From: Deltaproteobacteria bacterium
GTDB taxonomy: Bacteria > Myxococcota_A > UBA9160 > SMWR01
NCBI GenBank assembly: GCA_032128115.1
Contig: JAQBHB010000040.1
Span: forward strand, 64,001 to 128,000
Reading direction: 5' to 3'
DNA length: 64,000 bases
The notes under the pieces were generated by a model, which searched no databases, was not told the DNA's origin, and saw only the letters and a program-made list of their open reading frames with translations. Positions 9,085 through 18,945 of this stretch are shown here, one piece after another. Positions within the stretch are counted from its first letter, which is position 1; every line of letters begins with the position of its first letter. The position numbers and the translations under genes are program-made.

Positions 9085-10379
9085 CCACCCTGGTGGCCGT
9101 AGGCGCTCAATGGGGCGACGAAGGGAAGGGCAAGCTGGTCGACTGGCTGGCCCCCCACGCCGAGTTCGTGGTGCGCTTCCACGGCGGCAACAACGCCGGG
9201 CACACCCTGGTGGTGAACGGGGAGCAGACGGTGCTCCATGTGGTGCCCGCCGGCGTGCTCGATCCGGACACGGTGAACCTGATCGGCCCCGGCGTGGTGG
9301 TGGACCCGGGCGTATTGCTCGCCGAGATCGCGGCATTGAAGGCGCGCGGCGTGTTGCGGGATCCCTCACGAGTGCGGGTATCCGGGCGCGCCCACGTGAT
9401 CCTCGACTGGCACCTGGCGCTGGACAAGGCCCGCGAGGAAATGGCGCGCGAGCACGCCATCGGCACCACCGGGCGCGGCATCGGCCCCGCCTACGAAGAC
9501 AAGGTGACGCGCCGCGGTCTGCGCGTGGCGGACCTGCTGGATCCCCAATCCCTGCGCGGCGCCATCGATCGCCTCGCCGAGCAGAAGAACTTCGAGCTGG
9601 TGAACTACTACAAGTGGAAGCCGGTGGACGCGGACAAGCTCTACGCCCAGTGTGTGGCGTGGGGGCGGGAGCTCGAGCCCTACGTGGATCACACCACGCG
9701 CACCCTGGACCGGGCACTTCGCGAGGGCAAGAACGTGCTGTTCGAAGGGGCCCAGGGCACGTTCCTGGACATCGACCACGGCACCTATCCCTACGTGACG
9801 TCCTCGAACTGCGTGGCGGGCGCCGTGTGCGCCGGCGCCGGCGTGGGCCCCACCCGCATCGATCGGGTGCTGGGGATTACCAAGGCCTACACCACCCGCG
9901 TGGGAGGCGGACCGTTTCCCACCGAGGAGACCGGCAAAACGGGCGAGAAGCTGCGCTCGGTGGGCGCGGAGTTCGGCGCCACCACCGGGCGGCCCCGCCG
10001 CTGCGGATGGCTCGATGCGGTGATGCTGCGCGAGTCGACCATCGTGAACGGCTTCACGGCGCTGGCCGTCAACAAGCTCGACGTGCTCTCGGGTCTCCAT
10101 GAGCTGAAGATCGCCACGGCCTACAAGGTGGATGGCAAGCTCACCTACGACTTCCCCATGACCCTGTCCGAGATCGAGCGGGCCGAGCCGGTCTACGAGA
10201 CCTTCCCATGCTGGTCCGAGGACATCACCGGCTGCCGGGACTTCGAGTCGCTGCCCGCCACCGCACGCGCGTACGTGGACCGGGTGGAGGCGCTGGCCGG
10301 CGTGCCCGTGGAGCTGATCTCGGTGGGTCCGGGCCGCGACGAGACGATCGCCCGCACCGAGCCGTTCCGGCCCGTCTAG
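9081..10379 (+). CDS. purA: Adenylosuccinate synthetase
   Basis: GAQWGDEGKGK, GGNNAGHT, EGAQG, GATTGRPRRCGWLD; GTGA overlap with serA. Confidence 0.97.
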   Translation: MTTLVAVGAQWGDEGKGKLVDWLAPHAEFVVRFHGGNNAGHTLVVNGEQTVLHVVPAGVLDPDTVNLIGPGVVVDPGVLLAEIAALKARGVLRDPSRVRVSGRAHVILDWHLALDKAREEMAREHAIGTTGRGIGPAYEDKVTRRGLRVADLLDPQSLRGAIDRLAEQKNFELVNYYKWKPVDADKLYAQCVAWGRELEPYVDHTTRTLDRALREGKNVLFEGAQGTFLDIDHGTYPYVTSSNCVAGAVCAGAGVGPTRIDRVLGITKAYTTRVGGGPFPTEETGKTGEKLRSVGAEFGATTGRPRRCGWLDAVMLRESTIVNGFTALAVNKLDVLSGLHELKIATAYKVDGKLTYDFPMTLSEIERAEPVYETFPCWSEDITGCRDFESLPATARAYVDRVEALAGVPVELISVGPGRDETIARTEPFRPV

Positions 10380-10436
10380 GCCTGCTCGCGGGCGGGTTGA
10401 AGCTCAAGCTTCTGCCGTATCCGTCGAGGAGCAAGC

Positions 10437-11123
10437 GTGGGCGTTCACCTGCGAATCCTGTCGGCCAATCTGTATGTGGGCCGCGCCGATCCGGAGGCCT
10501 TTGCCGAGATCGTTCGGGATTTCGGGGCCGATGTGGTGGCGGTGCAGGAGCTGGGGCCCAGCCAGGCCGAGGCGCTGGCCGAGGTACTGCCCCACGGGCT
10601 CCTGGAGCCGGACGCGGCCTACAGCGGCATGGGCATCGCCGCCAGGCGGCCGGCGGCCACCCGGCGGGTCCCGCAGGTGGAGCGCAACGCCCGGGTGGCC
10701 CGGCTCGAGCCCTGCGACTGGCCGGAGCTTCCCCGGGGCGTCGAGATCCTGAATGTCCACATCACGGCGCCGCACGCGTATCCGTTCTGGCTCCAGCCGT
10801 TTCGGCGCCGGACGCAGCTCGAAGGGGTGCTCTCCCACGTAGCCGGCGATCCGGAGCTTCCTCGGGCGGTGGTGGGGGACTTCAATGCGACCCCCCTGTG
10901 GCCCCTGTATCGCCGATTCGCCGTCCATCTCGAAGATGTCGTGCACAGCTACGCCCGCGCCCGGGGCGAACGCCCGGCCCGGACGTGGCCTCGCATGCTC
11001 GGGGGTCCTCTGATCCGAATCGATCACTGCTTCGCATCGGGTCTCTCCGCGGAGCACGTGGAGACCTTCGAGATCCCCGGCTCCGATCACCTGGCCCTGG
11101 GCGTGGTTCTTTCAATTGACTGA
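10437..11123 (+). CDS. Endonuclease/exonuclease/phosphatase (EEP) family protein
   Basis: SAN, DVVAVQE, GDFN, RIDH, GSDH motifs. Confidence 0.88.
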   Translation: MGVHLRILSANLYVGRADPEAFAEIVRDFGADVVAVQELGPSQAEALAEVLPHGLLEPDAAYSGMGIAARRPAATRRVPQVERNARVARLEPCDWPELPRGVEILNVHITAPHAYPFWLQPFRRRTQLEGVLSHVAGDPELPRAVVGDFNATPLWPLYRRFAVHLEDVVHSYARARGERPARTWPRMLGGPLIRIDHCFASGLSAEHVETFEIPGSDHLALGVVLSID

Positions 11124-11161
11124 TCTCGAATTCCCGAGCTGAGCCCGCGTGTTGGGGGGCA

Positions 11162-11204
11162 GCGGGCGGACGAGAAGCGCGCCCGCTGCCTCTCGTCCGC
11201 CCGC
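11162..11204. terminator. GC-rich hairpin between convergent genes (probable terminator)
   Basis: 14-bp perfect stem GCGGGCGGACGAGA / TCTCGTCCGCCCGC. Confidence 0.55.
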
Positions 11205-11287
11205 CCGGACCCGGAAGCCGCTTCACCCTCGGCACCGATCCGGAGCCCGTTGAACACGGCGGACAATAAGCGAATAAAAAGCGAAAG

Positions 11288-11713
11288 TCAAGTTCTCAGG
11301 CGGCGGGGCATCTTCTTCAGCTTGATGTCGACACCGCCCATGATGGCGGTGCCCTGGATGCGGAGCTTGGGCGCACCGGCCTCGTCGGCCCGGTTCGAGA
11401 AGCTGGAAAAGCCCCCCATGAGGCCCAGTCCGCCGGTCTCTACGTCGATGTCGGGCGGAACGATGATGCTGACGCCCCCCATGATGGTCAGGATGTCCAC
11501 CACGGTCTCGCCCTCGTAGAGGTCCGCCTCGCGGAAGTCGAGTTCTACGCCCCCCATGACGGCCAGCACCCGCAAGCGGGCAGGAGGCTCCCAGTTGCCC
11601 TTGCGCGCGGCGCCGCCCAGGATCGCCACCACGGATTCCTCGTCGCGCTCCAGCAGCTCGAGCTCGGCCCGCGTGGGAGCAACAACAGGCTTGTCGGAGG
11701 GGGCTCGCGCCAC
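11288..11713 (-). CDS. LiaF/DUF2154-like beta-repeat domain protein (as seen at the C-terminus of DUF1707 proteins)
   Basis: Repeated 'A(V/I)MGGV' units, 'LDFREA', 'IIVPPD'. Confidence 0.75.
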   Translation of the reverse strand: MARAPSDKPVVAPTRAELELLERDEESVVAILGGAARKGNWEPPARLRVLAVMGGVELDFREADLYEGETVVDILTIMGGVSIIVPPDIDVETGGLGLMGGFSSFSNRADEAGAPKLRIQGTAIMGGVDIKLKKMPRRLRT

Positions 11714-11802
11714 GTGCCGAGTCTACGTTCCGCTCGCGGCCCGGCGCCAGCCCCGCCGCGGATCCAGTCGACACGGCACCGACCCGGTGGTACCCACCCG
11801 CT

Positions 11803-11875
11803 GGGCCGTTAGCTCAGTTGGTAGAGCATCGGGCTTTTAACCCGCTGGTCCAGGGTTCGAGTCCCTGACGGCCCA
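11803..11875 (+). tRNA. trnK: tRNA-Lys (anticodon TTT), CCA not encoded
   Basis: GGGCCGT/ACGGCCC acceptor stem, D-arm TAGCTCAGTTGGTAGAGC, anticodon loop CTTTTAA, T-loop GGTTCGAGTCC. Confidence 0.97.
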
Positions 11876-11904
11876 CAACCAGCGACCAAGCGGTCAACGG
11901 AAGT

Positions 11905-11941
11905 GCAATCGGGCAGAGCCCGATTGCCACCCTTTCTCTTT
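11905..11941 (+). terminator. Rho-independent terminator downstream of tRNA-Lys
   Basis: Stem GCAATCGGGC/GCCCGATTGC followed by a T-rich tract; second copy at 18020-18056. Confidence 0.7.
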
Positions 11942-11950
11942 GGGCGCACC

Positions 11951-11970
11951 AACTGGATCTAAATCCAGTT
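11951..11970. repeat. Palindrome P1, AACTGGATCTAAATCCAGTT
   Basis: 8-bp arms, 4-bp spacer. Confidence 0.92.
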
Positions 11971-12090
11971 CCAATACGACAACGCCACGCCGAAGCGAGG
12001 CGTGTCGGACTGATTGCGGTCAGGAGCTACAGCGACCTGCGCCCGCGCCCCGACGCCGCAAGCCGGCCGGACTTGGCACAGGTGCAGTCG

Positions 12091-15000
12091 TTATCGAGAG
12101 CAGCCGCAATCCTGACTCAATCCGTCCACCTCATTCAGGGTCAGGCAGACCCCGCACGCGACGATCTCGTCCAGGCAGACCGCGAGATCGGTCGCGTCGT
12201 CTGCGACGCAGCCTGGGAAGGCCGCAGACAGACCGACATTCCGCTCGACGCACTTTCCGGCCTCTCGCGCGATCTCGCCGGTGGCCGGATTGCAGGCCTT
12301 GGCGATCTTGCCCATCGGGTCGACTCCCAGGCAGGACTCCAGATCCCGTGCGGTCAGGATGCTGCCGTCCTTCAGTCCGTCCTTCTTGCAACGGTTGAAT
12401 TCCTTCAGCCACGCCTGTTGACAGCTATCGAGCTTGCGGGCGACCGCCTGCTGGCAGCGCGCGCCCTCTCGGTCCCCGGCTTCGCTCAGCACCGCCGCAT
12501 CCAGATCTGGCCCGAACACGCCGTGCATCACGTCGAACGCCAGCTGCTTTCCTGACGTCGCAACCGCGAATCCATCTCGGGGGCCGAAGCCCGGCCCCTC
12601 CTCGCATTGCACCGTACTGGGGTCGAACTTCTTGCTCGATTTCTGACTGGCCTTCTTGCTTGCCTTTCGGCTGGCTTTCTGGCTGGCTTTTCGGGGGGCG
12701 TCTACCAACGCACAGGTCTCGATCGTCCCGGACGGTAGTCGGTCCCTTGCGCTGTCTCGGAAGCACTCCCGGATCTGCTTGCTCTGATCCTTCGCCACCG
12801 ACGCAAGCCCCTTGTTCAGCTCGTTGATGCACCGCTGCTGCTCGCGGCTCTGTCCGAACTGCAGGTCGCAGGCATCGCCTACGCCGTCGGCATCGAGATC
12901 GGCCTGGTCGGTGTTCGGGCGCTGGAGGCAATTGTCGAAGGGGTCGGCCACGCCGTCCGCGTCCGTGTCGGCGGCGCCGGCGATGACGAGGTCCTGTTGA
13001 TCTGCCTGGCAGGTGCCGGACTCGGCGCAGATATCCCCTGCAGCGCACTCGGCGTCGCTGGCGCAGGCGGAGCCCATGCGGTGGGAAATCACTGCGGCGC
13101 TCAGGAAGACCTGACGGCCGTCGGTCTGAGCGGATAGCGGTCCGAATAGCTGAACGATGTCCTGGGCGGCATCCTGACACTCGACGTCGGCCGACGGGAA
13201 CATCTGCTGGCACGACTGCGTGCTGGTACACGGGCCAAGATTCACGCGGCAGGTTCCCACGCCGGGCTCACCGAAGATCGGCGAGCAGAACTCCTCGCTC
13301 CCACACTTGCAGGCTCCCGTCCCACAGGCATTCACATGGTCCCCCGGGTCTGCGTCGCAGGTCGTCCCCAGGTCTTCGATGCAGCCCCCCGGAGGCACGA
13401 AGCAGATTCCCGCCGGACAGTCCTCTTTACTCGCGCACGGCTCGGCCGTGTCCGTGCAGATGCCCGCGCTCACCGCAGCCAGGGGCGTCACGCACTCGCC
13501 GGCCAGCTCCGGGGAAAGCGTTGCCCGGGCCGCGAACCCCGCAGCCCCTGCTCCCGCGGAACTCCCTCCGTCCGCGAGCTGCGCCGCCTCCCGGAGGTTG
13601 AAGGTCTGGAGCACGAGTCCGTCGCCGTTGCCGTTTCCATCGAGATCCAGCCCCCCCTGATCGGCCTCCAGCGTCAAGAAGGTGACCGTGTCACCCGACA
13701 CCCGGTAGGGAACGCGCGGGTCGCACGCCTCCAGCCGACACGGGATCGCGGCCTGCCCGCTGTTGAAAACGTGGCCCGAAATGAGGTCGTAGACATGCAA
13801 GACGTCGTCGAGGGTGTCGTCATCGGCGCCTGGGTTCAGGGAGCCGTCCGTCTCGGGGACGCGGAAGGCGACCATCCGCTCGCTCAGCACGAACTCCTCG
13901 GCCGCGAGACCCACCGCCGTCAGCTGGTTCGCCGCCGCATCGTAGACATGCAGCTCACGACTCGGCTCGGCGAGAAATGCCACGACGGATCCGGCCGCGT
14001 CGAGAGCGCTGGCCGCGGGCCCAACCCGTGTCCAACCGGGTGCGCCCGCCGTCCAGGGGTAGACCTCGACGAAGGTCTCCTCCTCGGGGCCCGAAGGCAC
14101 GAGGGCGGCGATCAGCTCGCTCGACATCGCGATTGCGGTGGCTTCCTTGCCGAGCGAATCAGCGGCGCCTCCGCTCACAGAGACGTGGACAAACTTGTCG
14201 CTCGTGTCCCCGTCCCCGTTCCGGTCGGACGCATCGCGGAAGGCTGCCTCCGGCACGAGGAAGGCCGCGGATCCCGCCGCAATCGCCACCTCTTCCGCCG
14301 GACCGAGGGTTGTGGGCTCCGCCGCCGGGGCCTTCGTATCGAAAACCTGCAACACGGTATCGTCCAGGTCGCCGTCGCCCGAGAGGTCGGCGGAAGGGTC
14401 GAGCGGGTCGGGGCCTCGCACGAAGATGTCCTCTTCACCGTTCGTATCGCCGGGAACGAGGTTGTCGGCCTGCGACGCGAACGCCACGAGGCGGCCATCC
14501 GCCGAGAGAGCCGGAATGGTGGATGTGCCATTCCCCTCGCTCCCGTCCGAGGAGACGCTCACCCGCTCCGTCACCCCGGTGAGCCGGTCGTGCACGAAGA
14601 CGTCGCCTGCAACGTTCGTATCGCCGAACACGAGGTTGCTGGCATGCGAGTGGAATGCCACGAAGCGACCATCCGCCGAGAGCGCTGTATCGCTCGAGCG
14701 ATCGTCTCCCGCGCTCCCGTCCGAAGCGACGCTCACCCGCTCAATCCCCTCCAGTTCGCGGCGGACGCCAATGACTTTGGTGAGCCGGTCGTGCACGAAG
14801 ACGTCCCGTAAATCGTTCGTATCGCCGGGCACGAGGTAGCCGGCGCTCGATTGGAACGCCACGAAGCGGCCGTCCGCGGAGAGCGCGAGGATGGACAAGT
14901 GGTCGAGGTCCACTTCCGAGCCGCTCACCGGCTCCGTCACTCCGGTGAGCCGGTCGTGCACGTAAACGCTATGAACTGTGGTGCCGTCGAATTCTAATGC

Positions 15001-17646
15001 GTCATTCCAAATTGCGAACGCCACGTAGCGGCCGTGTGCCGAGAGCGCAGGGGCAGCCGCTCCGACGGCCACCTGCTCCGTCACGCCGCTGAGCCGGTCG
15101 TGCACGAAGATTTCGCCGAAAAAGGGTGGTTCGCCGTTCGTATCGCCCGGGGCGAAGTTGGTGACATTCGACTCGAACGCCACGAAGCGGCCGTCCGCCG
15201 AGATCGTCGCCTCGTACGAGGACCCGTCTCCCTCGCTCCCGTCCGAGGCGACGCTTACGCGCGTCGTCTCACCGGTGACCCGATCGTGGACGAACACGTC
15301 CGCCCCCCCGAAGGTGTGGCCGTTCGTATCACCGAACACGAGGTTGCTGGCACGCGAGTGGAATGCCACGAAGCGGCCGTCCGCTGAGAGCGCTGGCCCC
15401 AGCGATTGGTCGTCTCCCTCGCTCCCGTCAGACGCGACGCTCACCCGCTCCGTCACCCCGGTGAGCCGGTCGTGCACGAAGACGTCCCGTGAATCGTTCG
15501 TATCGCCGGACACGAGGTTGCTGGCGAACGACGTGAACGCTACGAAGCGGCCGTCCGCCGAAAGCGTCGGACCGCCCGAGAAACTGTTTCCCTCGCTCCC
15601 GTCCGAGGCGACGCTCACCCGCTCCGTCACCTGCCGCGCGCTTCTCGACTCCGGCCGGCGGAAGTAGGCCAGCCCCTCCGAGAGGCCGACACTGCCATGG
15701 TTCACGAGCGACGCCGCGTCCACCGCCAGGGGGCGGGGCAGCGGGCCCGTCAGCTCCTCGGCGCAGTCGGCCGGATCAGCGCAGGCCTTACCCAGCCGGT
15801 AGATCCGCAGAATGGGATCGAAGACACTGCCGTTGCCGTTGGCGTCCGCCGCGAACTGGAGGGGCTCGGGCTCTAGGAAGGCCACCACGTCGCCCTCGGC
15901 GGCCACCGCGGGAAAGCGGAACGGCGCCTGCCGAATGCGCGCGACCGCGCGACCGCGCTCGCGTTCGCCGCCGCTCTCGACGCCGATCGGCTGCATGACT
16001 CCTGTTGCGCGGTCGCGCAAAACCAACACCGGGTCCGTGCAGTCGATATCGCCGTTGATGTCCTGACCGAGAGCCGGCTCGCACACGGCGTCGGCGGGGC
16101 TCGCGATCTGCTCCAGCTCCACGAAGGCGAACATCGACTCCGTCTCGATCAGGCCCTCGATCGGCACCGGGTTCTCGGCTTCGAGAACGAGCTTGTGTTC
16201 GGTCTCCACGATCACCACGGGGCCTACGCCCGCCACCAGGCGGTCCGCGAAATCGAATAGCGCCGGGCCGCACTCGGCCCCCGCCCCGCAATCCGCGTCG
16301 CTCGTGCAGGCGCGCCCGGTGTCGGCTCCCGTCTCGGCATCGCGGCAGGTGGTGGGCCCGCAGGTGCTCGCCGGGCAGTCGGTGTCCTCCGCACAGGGGA
16401 AGCCCGCGTTGTCGCCCGCCGTGCACTGGCCGAAGACCGGGGCCGGGCCCGTGAGATCCGGCTGGCGGCGGGCGATCCGCATCACCCCGATCGGCGCGTC
16501 CACCGAGCCGAACAGAGAGATCGCATCCGGGTTCTCCGGGTCCGACAGCGGCTCGAAAATCGGCGGCAGCCGTTGGCCGCCCATCGAGTAGGCGGCCAGG
16601 AACGAGTCGCCGGGGAGTTGCACGGCGTCGACGCAGGTGCCCTCGGGGGCGCACTGCGCGTCGCTGGTGCACGCGGCTCCCGGCGTGACCCCCCCGAAGC
16701 AGCGCGGGCTTGAGGCGAAAGCCGGGAAGTCCGTGTTGCCCGTCACCAGCCGCGGCACAGGAATGCCGTCGGGCCGCAGCAGCACCCCGCGCCAGTCCAT
16801 GGGGACCAACACGTTGCCGGCCTGGTCGATGGTGAAGCGCAACTCGGAGGCGAGGCCCGTGCACTCGGTCTGCTCCGTGGTGCACAGTGCCTGGAAGTCG
16901 TTCGCGGGGGGCAGCGCCGTCAGGTGCCCGAAGATCGGGTCGATGTGAGCGGCGCCGGTCTCGCAAGTGCCGTCCTGCGCATACAGCTCGTCAACGCAGG
17001 CGACCAGGCCCGGGGTGTCGGCACAGCGGGCCGAGGCCAGGCCGAAGGGCAGCGGTGCCGTCACGGGCGTCACGGCGATGGCCAGAGGCCCCGTGAACGT
17101 GCGGCCATCGTTCACGGCGCCGATCCGGGCGTCCGTGTCCGGGAAGCGGAATACGAGGGTTTGCGCGTCGCGGATCTCCAGCTCCTGGGTCCTGGGTTCC
17201 ACCACCTCGCATCTGGCGGTCCCGTCGCCCGGCAGCGGCCCCGCGCTCACAAGCAGCGCCTCACATGCGGACTCGTTCGGCCCGGTCGTGAGCACCACCG
17301 CATTGCGCGGACCGCCCGCCGGAGGCTTGAAGAGCACTGTGACGAAGTAGTCACCTTCCGAGTCGAAGCCTGGCGAGGCCGCGTCGCACCCGTCGGTCTT
17401 CAGCGTGAGTGCGATCTGCTGGCCGACGTCGCCGGGGAGCGCATAGGGCCGGTTGAGCGTGCCCAGCGCCCCGCGGAACTCCAACGTGGTCCCGGGGATC
17501 ACGTTGCACTGGGCCAGGGCGTCCTGGCCGGAAGGGGACGGGAGCACCAGTTGGACGACCGACAGCGTCAGCAGGGTCGCAGTCCAACGCGCCCACCGCC
17601 TGCGACGCAAGTTGGGCTGACCGGGGCGGAATCGGATGATGGGCAC
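12091..17646 (-). CDS. Large secreted protein, paralog A (~1850 aa): Cys-rich modules, DxNGDGD Ca-binding motifs, 7 TolB/PD40-like propeller repeats, TSP3-like repeat, Cys-rich helical tail
   Basis: Signal-like N-terminus; repeats 'ERVSVASDGS..LSADGRFVAF.S...NLV.GDTN...DVFVHDRLTG'; start GTG 17646 chosen by homology with the paralog B start. Confidence 0.85.
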   Translation of the reverse strand: MPIIRFRPGQPNLRRRRWARWTATLLTLSVVQLVLPSPSGQDALAQCNVIPGTTLEFRGALGTLNRPYALPGDVGQQIALTLKTDGCDAASPGFDSEGDYFVTVLFKPPAGGPRNAVVLTTGPNESACEALLVSAGPLPGDGTARCEVVEPRTQELEIRDAQTLVFRFPDTDARIGAVNDGRTFTGPLAIAVTPVTAPLPFGLASARCADTPGLVACVDELYAQDGTCETGAAHIDPIFGHLTALPPANDFQALCTTEQTECTGLASELRFTIDQAGNVLVPMDWRGVLLRPDGIPVPRLVTGNTDFPAFASSPRCFGGVTPGAACTSDAQCAPEGTCVDAVQLPGDSFLAAYSMGGQRLPPIFEPLSDPENPDAISLFGSVDAPIGVMRIARRQPDLTGPAPVFGQCTAGDNAGFPCAEDTDCPASTCGPTTCRDAETGADTGRACTSDADCGAGAECGPALFDFADRLVAGVGPVVIVETEHKLVLEAENPVPIEGLIETESMFAFVELEQIASPADAVCEPALGQDINGDIDCTDPVLVLRDRATGVMQPIGVESGGERERGRAVARIRQAPFRFPAVAAEGDVVAFLEPEPLQFAADANGNGSVFDPILRIYRLGKACADPADCAEELTGPLPRPLAVDAASLVNHGSVGLSEGLAYFRRPESRSARQVTERVSVASDGSEGNSFSGGPTLSADGRFVAFTSFASNLVSGDTNDSRDVFVHDRLTGVTERVSVASDGSEGDDQSLGPALSADGRFVAFHSRASNLVFGDTNGHTFGGADVFVHDRVTGETTRVSVASDGSEGDGSSYEATISADGRFVAFESNVTNFAPGDTNGEPPFFGEIFVHDRLSGVTEQVAVGAAAPALSAHGRYVAFAIWNDALEFDGTTVHSVYVHDRLTGVTEPVSGSEVDLDHLSILALSADGRFVAFQSSAGYLVPGDTNDLRDVFVHDRLTKVIGVRRELEGIERVSVASDGSAGDDRSSDTALSADGRFVAFHSHASNLVFGDTNVAGDVFVHDRLTGVTERVSVSSDGSEGNGTSTIPALSADGRLVAFASQADNLVPGDTNGEEDIFVRGPDPLDPSADLSGDGDLDDTVLQVFDTKAPAAEPTTLGPAEEVAIAAGSAAFLVPEAAFRDASDRNGDGDTSDKFVHVSVSGGAADSLGKEATAIAMSSELIAALVPSGPEEETFVEVYPWTAGAPGWTRVGPAASALDAAGSVVAFLAEPSRELHVYDAAANQLTAVGLAAEEFVLSERMVAFRVPETDGSLNPGADDDTLDDVLHVYDLISGHVFNSGQAAIPCRLEACDPRVPYRVSGDTVTFLTLEADQGGLDLDGNGNGDGLVLQTFNLREAAQLADGGSSAGAGAAGFAARATLSPELAGECVTPLAAVSAGICTDTAEPCASKEDCPAGICFVPPGGCIEDLGTTCDADPGDHVNACGTGACKCGSEEFCSPIFGEPGVGTCRVNLGPCTSTQSCQQMFPSADVECQDAAQDIVQLFGPLSAQTDGRQVFLSAAVISHRMGSACASDAECAAGDICAESGTCQADQQDLVIAGAADTDADGVADPFDNCLQRPNTDQADLDADGVGDACDLQFGQSREQQRCINELNKGLASVAKDQSKQIRECFRDSARDRLPSGTIETCALVDAPRKASQKASRKASKKASQKSSKKFDPSTVQCEEGPGFGPRDGFAVATSGKQLAFDVMHGVFGPDLDAAVLSEAGDREGARCQQAVARKLDSCQQAWLKEFNRCKKDGLKDGSILTARDLESCLGVDPMGKIAKACNPATGEIAREAGKCVERNVGLSAAFPGCVADDATDLAVCLDEIVACGVCLTLNEVDGLSQDCGCSR

Positions 17647-17829
17647 GGGAGCTATCCTACGCCCCCAACACACGAGTGGGGAGCCGACGCGCCGACCCCG
17701 CGATTCTTCCGCCAACCTGTGCGAGCGTTGCTGCCCCGAGGGGAAACAGATGGCCCGTCGGGCGGCCTCGCCCCGATCGGTCCGGGGCTCACCCCTTGCC
17801 ACAGGCAGGGGAGGGTGCGCCCCTCGATT

Positions 17830-17935
17830 CGCCTGGAGGCGACGGATAGCGACGGGGCGACGGTGTGGGTGCAGCCTGGTGCCGCTCCCTGCAGCCTCCT
17901 GCATGGCAGGAGCCGCAAGGTCGCGACTTCGCTCA
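17830..17935. repeat. Conserved non-coding element upstream of paralog A (copy 1)
   Basis: Highly similar to 26045-26152; includes the hairpin CTCCTGC-N3-GCAGGAG. Confidence 0.8.
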
Positions 17936-17948
17936 CCGCGGTTTCGTT

Positions 17949-18126
17949 CTTTTAACCCGCTGGTCCAGGGTTCGAGTCCCTGACGGCCCACAACCAGCGA
18001 CCAAGCGGTCACCGGAAGTGCAATCGGGCAGTGCCCGATTGCCACCTTTTCTCTTTGGGCGCACCAACTGGATCTAAATCCAGTTCCGAAACCACAACGC
18101 CCCGCCGAAGCGAGGCGTGTCGGACT
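17949..18126 (+). repeat. 178-bp direct repeat, copy 2 (att-like; contains the 3' half of tRNA-Lys, 17949-17990)
   Basis: Starts exactly at the anticodon loop CTTTTAA; the 5' half of the tRNA is absent. Confidence 0.93.
18066..18085. repeat. Palindrome P2, AACTGGATCTAAATCCAGTT
   Basis: Identical to P1. Confidence 0.92.
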
Positions 18127-18231
18127 AGTAGGACGTCGGCGCGGCGCGGACCAGCGGGGATTTCACCGGCGGCAGGGGTTGGAGGTGATCGCGCGTGAGA
18201 GAGGAAAGACGGAGTCGAGCTGGGCTCGCGC

Positions 18232-18642
18232 TCAGTCCCGACGCAATCTCATGCCTACATAGAGTCCGAGCGCGTGGTTGTCGAACCCGGAGACGTCCGG
18301 ACCGTAGGCCCCTTCTCGGCGAGCAACGGCACCGAGCAGCTCGTGAACCTCGCCCAGGTCGAGGAAGATCCCGTCGCACTTCGAACAGGTCTCCACCGAA
18401 ACGGAGTCGAGCTGTCCCTCCGCGAGCGCCTCGCCGGCGCAGCTCGGACAATCCACCCACGAGGCGCCTCGACGCTGGATCCTCGTTTCGGGGAGCTTGC
18501 CTCCGAAATTCGTGAAGTGGCGGGTGAGCTCTCCTTGATCGAACCACAGACCCTTGCAGGTGTTGCAGTGGTCGAGAGTGACTCCCGCCGACGTCCAGTG
18601 ATGCATGGAAACGGAGCACTTCGGGCAATTCCGCTCGCTCAT
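18232..18642 (-). CDS. Tandem zf-TFIIB-type zinc-ribbon protein
   Basis: Two CPxC...CxxCxG(L/I)(W/F)xDxGE units; ATG 18642 has a GAGG RBS (alternative start 18720). Confidence 0.85.
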   Translation of the reverse strand: MSERNCPKCSVSMHHWTSAGVTLDHCNTCKGLWFDQGELTRHFTNFGGKLPETRIQRRGASWVDCPSCAGEALAEGQLDSVSVETCSKCDGIFLDLGEVHELLGAVARREGAYGPDVSGFDNHALGLYVGMRLRRD

Positions 18643-18879
18643 GGTCTCTACCTCTGGCTCGTGGAGATCTTCGTCGGCGCTTCCATCGAACTTCGTCGGG
18701 CTGACTCGCTGATTGGCCATCGCCGCCTCTCGACCTCGTCCTCTATGAGACTGTCGGAGGGAGAGCCGGAATCGGATCAGCTGCCGGATCGGCTGCCCGT
18801 GTTGTTGCGGTTTCACCCCGCCAAGAGAGGGAGTGGCGACGCCGGGGAGCGCGAAGAGGGTCCCCCATCGGGAACCTCT

Positions 18880-18919
18880 AGAACGGGGAGGCCCCACCTT
18901 GGATGGGGTCTCCCCTTCT
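18880..18919. terminator. Hairpin downstream of the dockerin-like gene (possible terminator)
   Basis: AGAACGGGGAGGCCCCA / TGGGGTCTCCCCTTCT imperfect stem. Confidence 0.45.
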
Positions 18920-18945
18920 CGACTCGTGTGGCTAGGTCTCGTGCA

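Larger units (their letters stand above)
11834..12011 (+). repeat. 178-bp direct repeat, copy 1 (tRNA 3' half, terminator, palindrome)
   Basis: Aligns by eye to 17949-18126 with 7 substitutions and no gaps. Confidence 0.93.

Noticed and set aside
6940..9717. Long antisense or alternative-frame ORFs (e.g. 6940-9717, 31076-33670, 40853-43570, 44668-47178) and over-extended 5' ends in the track
   Set aside because: These are shadow ORFs typical of high-GC DNA: Arg/Pro/Gly-rich, with no motifs, and overlapping well-supported genes.
17949..17990. Second tRNA-Lys gene
   Set aside because: Only the anticodon loop to the 3' end is present; the acceptor 5' strand and D-arm are missing.
17647..18045. 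N-terminal 133-aa extension of the 1984-aa ORF in the track
   Set aside because: It is antisense translation of the tRNA fragment, terminator and non-coding element; homology with paralog B puts the start at GTG 17646.
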